Positions 17,007-24,900 of a stretch of DNA of 64,000 bases are shown here, one piece after another. The notes under the pieces are model-generated. The model had not been told where the DNA came from. It saw nothing but the letters and a program-made list of their open reading frames with translations, and searched no databases. Source of the stretch: an uncultured Rhodospirillales bacterium. Lineage in GTDB: Bacteria > Pseudomonadota > Alphaproteobacteria > Acetobacterales > Acetobacteraceae. The position numbers and the translations under genes are program-made. Within the stretch, counting starts at the first letter, position 1; each line of letters begins with the position of its first letter. The stretch spans positions 3,032 through 67,031 of the forward strand of contig CAIPLM010000249.1 of NCBI GenBank assembly GCA_903865895.1. Direction: 5' to 3'.

Positions 17007-20000
17007 ATGTCAACCATCCTTGTCACTGGCACCCTTGGAACTCCCGGCGCACTTGCCCTCACGCCAGGCAGTTCGGGAGGCTCAGGCGGGGCCGGCGGCG
17101 ACGGGAGCGCCACCGCCAGCGTGCCCACGGACGCAGAGAACAGCGCGACGGCCACCGCCGGCCCCGGCGGCAATGGTGCCGGCGGCAGTTCCGCCGGCAC
17201 CGATCCGGTGACCCACGTCACCACCCCGTACGGCGGCAATGGCGGCGCCGGCGGGAAGGGCGGCAATGCCATCGCTTCCGCCGCCAGCACGACCACCGGG
17301 ACCACCAACGCCCGAGCCTTCGCAATCGCCAATGCCGGCAACGGCGGCAATGGCGGTGCCGGCAGCCTTGGCACCCCGATCGGCAGCGCCGGACCCGGTG
17401 GCAATGGCGGCACGGCAGCCGCCACCGCCACAGCCAAGGCCACGAAGTCCGCCGACGCCACCGCCCAAGCGATGACAACCGGCGGCAACGGCGGCGGCGG
17501 CAACATCATCAGCGCGCCCAATCCCCCCCTTATCGGCAGCCTCGGCGGGTCCGCTGGCGCCGTCACCGGCACCTCAGCCACCGCCACTGGCGGCACCGCG
17601 AGCGCGAGCGCAATCGCCACTGCCGGCTCGGCCACAATTTCGTTCGGAACCGGCAATAGCGGCCTGGCCGGTGCCGTGGCCAGCGGCACCAAGGCGTCGG
17701 CCATCGCGCTTGCCCTGCATGGCGGTGCCAGCGCATCTGCAACGCAGACCGGCGGCAATGGCGGCAGCGGCTTCTCCGGCGCGGCCGGCGGCGCCGGTGC
17801 CTCCAGCAGCCTCGTCAACGCCGTCACCGGCCGCACCAATGCCGGCGGCTTGACCCTGTCGGAGATCGCAATAGCGGGCTGGGGCGGCAGCGCGACCTAT
17901 CCCGATGGCGGCAATGCCGGGACCGCCGGCAGCGCCACAGCCACACTGGCTTTCAACGATACCACCAGCCTCACCCAGAGCCAGACTATCGGCGCCTTCA
18001 CCAGCGCCTCTGGCGGCGCCGGGGGCAGCGGCGCGCTGGGCACCGCGGCCGGCAGCGCGACCGCGGCAACCACACTGACCGGAACCGGGTCCGTCCAGGC
18101 CATGGCGACTGCCGACTCGCATCTGGCCGGGACGTCGTTTGCCGGGAATGGCGCGGCCGGCGGCGCGGCCACCGCGACATCCGTGGCCACCACCACGGCG
18201 ACCGGCTTTGCCGGAGTGGATGCAACCGCGCGAGCAACGGGCTCCGCCGGCGGCGGCGGCACCGGAGCGGGCAATCATGGCGGTGCCGGCGGTATCGCCA
18301 AGGCGACGGCGCAAGGCAATGCCACCGGCGCCGCGACCGACACTGTCCTGGCGCAACAACAGGGCGGCTCCGGCGGCGGCGGTTCCTCCGGCGCGGCCGG
18401 CGGCAATGGCGCCGCCAGCACCCTCACCAACGCCGCCACCGGCATGACCAACGGCGGCACTCTGTCCCTGACGCAGATGGCGTTCGGCGGTGGCGGCGGC
18501 TCGGCCGATAGCGGCCAGGGCGGCCAAGGCGGCGGTGCCAGCTCCTCGCTGGTCCTGGACGACACCAAAAGCGCGACGCAAAGCATCTCACTGACGGGGT
18601 GGAACACCGCCTCAGGGGGGGCCGGGGGCGCGGTGGCCTTTGGCACCGCAGCCGGCGGCAATGGTGGCAATGCCACCGCCACCACGACCCTCACCGGAAC
18701 CCAGCTTGTCCAGGCCTTCGCCACCGGCAACGCCTTCCTCGGCTACAATTCCGGCGGCAACAGTGCCGGCGGCAACGGCGGCAACGGCGGCGCCTCCACC
18801 ACCAATGCCGCCGCGACCTCAACCGGCGGCAGCGCCCTCGCCACTGCAACCGCACAGGGCGGAAACGGCGGCAATTCCTCTTCCGCAAATGGCGGCAAGG
18901 CCGGCGGCGCCAGCGCCACGGCTGCCGCCACAGCGCCGGCCACCGTTTCCGCCGTGGCGGGCGCCACCGCCAACGCGACAGGCGGCACCGGCGGCGGCGG
19001 CATCATCGGCGCGGCCGGCAGCCCCGTCACCGGCACCACCGCGACCGCAACCGGCGGATCGGCCAACGCCACCGTCTACGCGATCGGCGGCGATGGCGGC
19101 ACCAGTTCGGGCGCCGGCCACACCGGCGGCGCCGGCGGCGTGGCCAGCGGATCACTCGCCACCGCGAATGGCACCGGGCCGGGCGCAGTCGGATTTGTGC
19201 TGAACACCTTCGTCCATCTCACCCAGTCCGGAGGCAATGGCGGCGGCGGCACCAACGGCGCCAATGGCGGCGCCGGGGCTTCGAGCACCCTGACCAACGC
19301 CGTCACCGGCCGCACTGACGCCGGCATCCTGACCTTCTACGAAACCGCCAACGGTGGCATCGGCGGCGGCAGTAACGGGGGTATCGCCGGCACCGCCGGC
19401 AATGCCAGCGCCGCGCTCACCTTCGACGACACCGCCAGCCCCACCCAAAGCGCACGCCTCGACGGATCCACCATCGCCACCGGCGGCGTCGGCGGCCTCG
19501 GCCAGGGCACCTCCGCCGGCGGCGCATCCGGTGCCGCCACGGCCACCATCGCCCTCACCGGCGCACATTCGGTGAATGCCAACGCCACCGCCGGGGCCGG
19601 CACCGGCGGCATTTCCAGCAACGCCAACGGCGGCAATGGCGGCATCGCGGTCGCCACATCGGCGGCCACCACCACCGCGACCGATACCGTCTCGCTCGCA
19701 TCGACGGCCCTGGCCTCCGGCGCACAAGGGGGCGGCAGCACCGGCGCCGGCAGTCATGGCGGCAATGGCGGCAGCGCCACGGCATCCGCCCAGGCCAGCG
19801 CCGCCGGCACCGCTGGCGCAACCATCACCGCCCAGCAACTCGGCGGCAATGGCGGCAGCGGCTTCTCCGGCGCGGCCGGCGGCAACGGCGCCGCCAGCAC
19901 CCTCACCAACGCCGTCACCGGCATCACCAACGGCGGCAGCCTCACCCTGATCGAGACCGCCACCGGCGGCAACGCCGGCAGCAGCGACACCGGCACCGCC

Positions 20001-21013
20001 GGAAGCGCCGGGGCCGCCAAGGCATCCCTGACCTTCGACGACACGCTGAACCCCACACTCAGCAACAGCCTGTCGAGCACAATCACCGCCACAGGCGGTA
20101 AGGGCGGCTCCGGCGCCACCGCCAGCAAAGGCGCCGCCGCCACCGCCTCCCTATCCCTCACCGGCGCCCCCGGCGCCACCGTCGCCGCGACCACCACGGC
20201 CAACGGCGGCAGCGGTGGCATCGGCACGGCAAGCAGCGGCGCTGGCGGTGCTGCCACCTCCACTTCCAGCGCCAGCGGCGGGACCGTCGCCTCCATCGCC
20301 CACGCCACCGGCGGCTCCGGCATCACCAGCGCCGGCATTGCCCTGGCCACTGCCAACGCCACCGGCATCTCCGGTTACGTCGACGCCACCGCCGCGAGCC
20401 GCTTTTCACCGGCAGTGCCGGCCACGTCGTCTCGGTCAGCGCCGAGACCAGCACCGCCACCCTCAACGGCACCGCCCAATTCACCGCGGAAACCCTGCTC
20501 GGCGGCACCATGCCCGGCTTCATCACCGCCCAGGGCGTCGCCCTCGCCGATGGCAGCCCCGCCGCCGGCAGTGTCAACGCGGTGTTCAAAACCAACCCCG
20601 CCATCAAAACAGCCTTCGGCGGCTCAACCGCCATTCTCGGCATGGGTGAATTGGGCGGCGCCTACGATCTGGGCGGCAGCGGCACGCAATCCACCTCCAG
20701 CATCATCACCTTCGGCGTCACCCTCACGCCGGCCGACCTCGCGCATGACCTGGTGATCGGCCTCTATGGCGGCAGCGCGACCGGCAGCGGCGTCACCGGC
20801 GTCACGCTCGATGTGTGGGCAAATGGCACCGACGTGCTGCATCAGAGCTTCGCCAGCGCGGCGAGTGCGACGGCCTACTTCACCAACAATACGGCCGATC
20901 TCGGGGCAATCACCGGCAGCGAGGGAAGCCCGCTGACGCTTCAGGTCGTCCTCGGCGTCACCACCAACGCACCCGGATCGGGCTTCATCGGCGGCGTGCT
21001 GCTCACGGGGTAA
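17007..21013 (+). pseudogene. glycine-rich (GGNGG / PGRS-like) modular repeat protein, reading frame broken by an apparent 1-nt deletion near 20403-20406
   Basis: Frame 0 (ORF 16977..20756, TTG; first ATG at 17007) is plausible until ...GYVDATAAS(RF) at about 20400. It then turns into Pro/Cys-rich nonsense. The frame of ORF 20510..21013 is plausible from 20399 onward (PLFTGSAGHVVSVSAETSTATLNGTAQF...GFIGGVLLTG*). One extra T in the T4 run at 20403-20406 fuses the frames (~1335 aa). No Cys and no signal peptide. Confidence 0.65.
17751..20453 (+). repeat. coding tandem modules of the glycine-rich protein
   Basis: Module anchors (GGN/SGG...STLTNAVTG...) lie at 17751, 18363, 19230 and 19842, giving spacings of 612, 867 and 612 nt. 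Modules 1 and 4 share an identical 42-nt stretch (ggcggcaatggcggcagcggcttctccggcgcggccggcggc). Confidence 0.8.
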
Positions 21014-21032
21014 GGGCGCCAGTCAGGCGCCC
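21014..21032. terminator. GC hairpin between convergent genes (possible bidirectional terminator)
   Basis: gggcgcc-agtca-ggcgccc lies immediately after the TAA at 21011-21013 and 10 nt before the asd stop (21043). There is no flanking T-run. Confidence 0.35.
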
Positions 21033-21042
21033 CGCCCTTCCT

Positions 21043-22083
21043 TCACTCCGCCGCGACGGCCTTCTTCTTGCCGATCAGCCCCTGCGCCACCATCGTCTCG
21101 GCGATCTGGATGGCGTTCAGCGCCGCACCCTTGCGCAGATTATCCGACACGCACCAGAACGACAGCCCGTGCGGCACGGTGTCATCGATGCGGATGCGGC
21201 TGACATAGGTCGCGTCTTCGCCCTGGCATTCCAGCGGCGTGATGTAGCCGCCGTCCTCGCGGGTATCCATCACCACCACGCCCGGCGCATCGCGCAGCGC
21301 CTGGCGGGCGCCGGCCAGCGTGATCGGGTTGGCGAATTCGACGTTGATCGCCTCGGAATGGCCGATGAACACCGGCACGCGCACGCAGGTTGCGGTCACC
21401 TTCACGTCGGGGTCGAGGATCTTGCGGGTCTCGACCACCATCTTCCACTCCTCCTTGGTCGACCCGTCATCCATGAACTTGTCGATATGGGGGATGCAGT
21501 TGAAGGCGATCTGCTTGGTGAAGACTTCCTGGCGCGGCGGATCGTTGACGAAGCTGCCCTTGGTCTGGGTGTACAGCTCGTCCATGCCTTCCTTCCCCGC
21601 GCCGGCGACGGCCTGGTAGGTGGCGACGACGACGCGCTTGATCTTGTACTTGTCGTGCAGCGGCTTGAGCGCGACGACCATCTGGATCGTCGAGCAATTC
21701 GGGTTGGCGATGATGTTGCGCTTGTTCTTCAGCAGCGCCTGCGGGTTCACCTCCGGCACCACCAGGGGGATGTCCGGGTCCATGCGGAAATGGCTGGTGT
21801 TGTCGATCACCACGCAGCCCTGGGCCGCGGCGCGCGGGGCGTGCACGGCGGAGATGGCGGCGCCGGGGCTGAACAGCCCGATATCCCAGCCCGTGAAATC
21901 GAAGGTCTCGAGGTTCTTCACCTTGAGCACCTGCTTGTCGCCAAAGGAGATTTCCTGGCCGACCGAGCGGGCGGAGGCCAGCGCGACGACTTCGCTCACC
22001 GGGAATTCGCGCTCGGCGAGGGTTTTCAGCATTTCGCGCCCGACCGCCCCGGTGGCGCCCACGACTGCGACTCTGTAACCCAT
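21043..22083 (-). CDS. asd: aspartate-semialdehyde dehydrogenase
   Basis: MGYRVAVVGATGAVGREMLKTLAEREFP...PEVNP... is typical of Asd. The ATG at 22083 is preferred over 22089 because GAGGAG lies 8 nt upstream of it. Confidence 0.92.
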   Translation of the reverse strand: MGYRVAVVGATGAVGREMLKTLAEREFPVSEVVALASARSVGQEISFGDKQVLKVKNLETFDFTGWDIGLFSPGAAISAVHAPRAAAQGCVVIDNTSHFRMDPDIPLVVPEVNPQALLKNKRNIIANPNCSTIQMVVALKPLHDKYKIKRVVVATYQAVAGAGKEGMDELYTQTKGSFVNDPPRQEVFTKQIAFNCIPHIDKFMDDGSTKEEWKMVVETRKILDPDVKVTATCVRVPVFIGHSEAINVEFANPITLAGARQALRDAPGVVVMDTREDGGYITPLECQGEDATYVSRIRIDDTVPHGLSFWCVSDNLRKGAALNAIQIAETMVAQGLIGKKKAVAAE

Positions 22084-22200
22084 CGACATAACTCCTCACC
22101 ACCGCGGCCGGGGTGGCCGCGCAAACGGCGGACCGTTAGTCCGATTGTCCCGGCGCGGCAAGGGGGCGGGCCATGCGGCGTGCGCAGGCCCGGATATGCG

Positions 22201-22341
22201 TCAAGGGGTAATGCGGGAGAGCGCCGTATAGGTGCCGAAGGCGACGGTCATCGCGACGGCGAGCCAGCCGAAGGCGAAACTGCCGGCGGTGCTGACGAGC
22301 GTCTGCCCGACCACCCCGACCCCGTTCACCAAAAACTCCAT
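22201..22341 (-). CDS. small hydrophobic protein (46 aa), unlisted ORF
   Basis: Below the length cutoff of the ORF track. ATG at 22339-22341 is preceded by GGAGG with a 5-nt spacer. Sequence: MEFLVNGVGVVGQTLVSTAGSFAFGWLAVAMTVAFGTYTALSRITP*. Mostly GC3-rich codons. Confidence 0.35.
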   Translation of the reverse strand: MEFLVNGVGVVGQTLVSTAGSFAFGWLAVAMTVAFGTYTALSRITP

Positions 22342-22489
22342 CTCCGCCTCCAACGCTTGCCTGGGAATGGCCTAGCACCGGGCTGGTTAGGGATGTGTTC
22401 ACGAGCAGGAGAGGACGGGCGGGCCGCCGATCAACCCCGCGTGAGCGAGCGGCTTGCCTGCCTCGCCGGTTGGCGGCAGAACATCGGCC

Positions 22490-23593
22490 ATGAGCGCGCG
22501 CATCATCGCCACCTATCACGTCACCGCCGACGCTGCCTCCATCGAGGCACGGGCACGCGGCATCGCGGTCGAGCAAAGCGTCGAAATGCCAGTCGAAGGC
22601 ATCGACGACCCCGTCGTGCTGAACGGCATCGTCGGCCGCGTCGATGAGATCCGCGAGATCACCCCCGGCCGCTACCGGGTGCGCATCGGGCTGGCCACCG
22701 AGACCGTCGGCGGCGATGCGGGGCAGCTCTTCAACATGCTGTTCGGCAACACCTCCATCCAGGAGGGCGTTGATCTGGCCGATGCCGACCTGCCGGACGC
22801 CATCCTCGCCGCCCATCCCGGCCCCAATATCGGCACGCCCGGCCTGCGTGCCCGCACCGGCGCCCATGGCCGTGCCCTCACCTGCGGCGCGCTGAAGCCG
22901 CAGGGCCTGCCGCCGGAAGGGCTGGCATCCCTCGCCGGGCGCATGGCGGCGGGCGGCATCGACCTCATCAAGGACGATCACGGCCTCGCCGACCAGCCCT
23001 ACTCCCCCTTCACCCACAGGGTCGATCGCATCGCCGAGGCGCTGGACCAGGTGGCGGCGCGCAGCGGCAAGCGCACGCTCTATATCCCCAGCCTCTCCGG
23101 CAATCTCGATGCCATGCGCGGCCAGATCCGCCACGCAATCTCACGCGGGGTGGACGCCTTCCTTATCGCCCCGATCGTCGCGGGCATCCCCACCTTCGCG
23201 ACCCTGGTGCGGGAATTTCCCGCCTGCGCCTTCATGACGCACCCGACGCTGTCGGGCATCGCCCGCATCGCGCCGCCGCTGTTCTACGGCAAGCTCTTCC
23301 GCCTGCTCGGCGCCGATGCGGTGGTCTACCCCAACCACGGCGGCCGCTTCGGCTACAGCACCGCCACCTGCCTGGAACTCGCCGAGAACTGCCGGGCGGA
23401 CTGGGCGGGCAAGCTGCCCTGCCTGCCCACCCCCGCCGGCGGCATGACCACGGCGCGCATTCCCGAGATGCTGGATTTCTACGGCGCCGACACCATACTG
23501 CTGATCGGCGGCGCCTTGCTCGCCACCCGCGAACGCCTGACCCGGGAAGTCGCCGCCTTCGCCGCCGCCGTCGCCGCGCACAGATACAGCTGA
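22490..23593 (+). CDS. RuBisCO large-subunit-like protein (form IV RLP)
   Basis: Internal ATG at 22490 (MSARIIATYHV...), 367 aa. RuBisCO-fold motifs are present: GALKPQGL (KPK region with Q replacing the second Lys), DLIKDDHGL (KDDE region with H replacing E) and PTPAGGMT. No small-subunit or cbb genes are nearby. Confidence 0.85.
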   Translation: MSARIIATYHVTADAASIEARARGIAVEQSVEMPVEGIDDPVVLNGIVGRVDEIREITPGRYRVRIGLATETVGGDAGQLFNMLFGNTSIQEGVDLADADLPDAILAAHPGPNIGTPGLRARTGAHGRALTCGALKPQGLPPEGLASLAGRMAAGGIDLIKDDHGLADQPYSPFTHRVDRIAEALDQVAARSGKRTLYIPSLSGNLDAMRGQIRHAISRGVDAFLIAPIVAGIPTFATLVREFPACAFMTHPTLSGIARIAPPLFYGKLFRLLGADAVVYPNHGGRFGYSTATCLELAENCRADWAGKLPCLPTPAGGMTTARIPEMLDFYGADTILLIGGALLATRERLTREVAAFAAAVAAHRYS

Positions 23594-23599
23594 GGACAC

Positions 23600-24070
23600 A
23601 TGGACCAGGACCGCTCCCCGCCGTTCCGCGCCTTCCAGGACTATCGCTGGGAGGGGGTCGCGCATCTGCCCTACAAGGAGGACGCCACCACGCCCTTCAA
23701 GTCGGTCACGCGCCAGGTGCTGTTCCACGAGCCGGACATGGGCTGCGAGCTGCGCTACTTCGAGGTTTCGGCCGGTGGCTATTCCACGCTGGAGCAGCAT
23801 GAGCACGCCCACGCCGTGCTGATCCTGCGCGGCAGCGGCGACTGCATGGTGGGCGACGACGTGCGCCCCGTCGCCACCAATGATCTCGTGTCCATCCCCC
23901 CCTGGGCCTGGCACCAATTCCGCGCCACCCTCGGCGAGCCGCTCGGTTTCCTCTGCATGGTCAACGCCCTGCGCGACAAGCCGCGGCTACCGACCCAGGA
24001 GCAGCTCGCCGAGATGCGCCGCAGCCCGGCCGTGACGGCCTTCCTCGACACCACGGAGCGCAGCGCATGA
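23600..24070 (+). CDS. cupin domain protein
   Basis: 156 aa, 6 nt after the RLP stop. Cupin motif region: GGYSTLEQHEHAHAVLILRGSG...LVSIPPWAWHQF. Confidence 0.8.
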   Translation: MDQDRSPPFRAFQDYRWEGVAHLPYKEDATTPFKSVTRQVLFHEPDMGCELRYFEVSAGGYSTLEQHEHAHAVLILRGSGDCMVGDDVRPVATNDLVSIPPWAWHQFRATLGEPLGFLCMVNALRDKPRLPTQEQLAEMRRSPAVTAFLDTTERSA

Positions 24071-24774
24071 GCACGGTCAAGGCGATCATTTTCGACACCT
24101 TCGGCACGGTGGTGGACTGGCGCACCAGCCTGATCGATGACCTCACCGCCTTCGGCACCGCCCGCGGCATCACCGCGGATTGGGTCGGCCTGGTTGACGC
24201 CTGGCGCGCCAACTACGCCCCCTCGATGGACCGCGTGCGCAAGGGCGAACAACCCTGGACCAAGCTCGATGATCTCCATCGCACCACGTTGGACCAACTG
24301 GTGGTCCAATTCGGCGTCACCGGGCTGAGCGAGGCCGACCTCGACCACCTCAACCGCGGCTGGCACCGCCTGAAGCCCTGGCCCGACGCGGTGCCCGGCC
24401 TCACCCGCCTCAAGGCGAAATACATCATCGCCCCGATGTCCAACGGCAACGTCTCGCTGCTGCTGAACATGGCGAAAAACGCCGGCATCCCCTGGGACAT
24501 GATCTGCGCCGCCGAGCTGTTCCGCCACTACAAGCCGGACCCCGAGACCTATCTCGGCGCAGCCAGCCTGCTCGGCCTCGCGCCATCAGAGGTGATGATG
24601 GCCGCCGCCCATAACGGCGATCTCGCCGCCGCCCGCACATGCGGCCTCAAGACGGCGTTCTTCCCCCGCCCCAGCGAGTATGGGCCGCACCAGAAGCGGG
24701 ATTTCGCGGCCGATCAGGCGTGGGATGTGGTGGCGGCGGATATTGAGGATCTCGCCGCGCGGATGGGGTGTTAG
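24067..24774 (+). CDS. HAD-superfamily hydrolase, type II haloacid dehalogenase-like
   Basis: ATGA overlap with the cupin gene. N-terminal nucleophile motif IIFDTFGTVVDW. 235 aa. Confidence 0.85.
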   Translation: MSTVKAIIFDTFGTVVDWRTSLIDDLTAFGTARGITADWVGLVDAWRANYAPSMDRVRKGEQPWTKLDDLHRTTLDQLVVQFGVTGLSEADLDHLNRGWHRLKPWPDAVPGLTRLKAKYIIAPMSNGNVSLLLNMAKNAGIPWDMICAAELFRHYKPDPETYLGAASLLGLAPSEVMMAAAHNGDLAAARTCGLKTAFFPRPSEYGPHQKRDFAADQAWDVVAADIEDLAARMGC

Positions 24775-24900
24775 GAAGTATCTTCTTTTTCTGAAGAAAA
24801 AGAAGCAAAAAGACTTTTATCCGTTTGCTTCGCGCTCTCCCGGGAGGGCGCAATGCAAACGGATAGAAGTTTTTTGGTTCTTTTTTTCAAAAAAGAACCC
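24775..24900 (+). repeat. AT-rich composite palindromic intergenic element, copy 2
   Basis: Fills the whole 126-nt spacer between convergent stops. Hairpins: cttctttttc-tgaa-gaaaaagaag, ccgtttgc...gcaaacgg around a cccggg core, and gttcttttttt-c-aaaaaagaac. The first ~40 nt and last ~32 nt are near-identical to copy 3. Confidence 0.85.

Noticed and set aside
20397-20408. Programmed -1 ribosomal frameshift at the frame break
   Set aside because: The 0-frame context (AGC CGC TTT TCA) is not a canonical X XXY YYZ slippery heptamer. I saw no obvious downstream stimulatory hairpin. An indel in the T-run is the simpler explanation.
17751-20453. Periodic ~612-nt repeats as a possible CRISPR or non-coding tandem array
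   Set aside because: The period is far too long, there is no short direct-repeat/spacer structure, and the repeats keep a single open reading frame with coherent protein modules.
16977-21013. Classifying the glycine-rich protein as an RTX (GGxGxDxUx) toxin or adhesin
   Set aside because: The repeats are GGNGG/GGxGG without the conserved Asp and without nonapeptide periodicity. It is described only as PGRS-like glycine-rich.
22342-22489. SAM, SAM-II or B12 riboswitch upstream of the RLP operon (and at 10416-10453 or 11047-11418 for sahR/metH)
   Set aside because: I could not recognise the conserved cores, for example the AAAGCU-containing SAM-II pseudoknot or the B12 box. The sahR/metH spacers are too short or are coding. 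A covariance-model scan (Rfam/Infernal) would be decisive.
20815-22647. 610-aa plus-strand ORF spanning the end of the glycine-rich gene, asd (antisense) and the RLP upstream region
   Set aside because: It crosses two well-supported genes and an intergenic region. Its composition is Arg/His/Gly-rich nonsense. It is a shadow ORF.
22136-23134. 332-aa minus-strand ORF
   Set aside because: It is antisense to the RLP gene. Only the short 22201..22341 ORF, in a different frame, has start-signal support.
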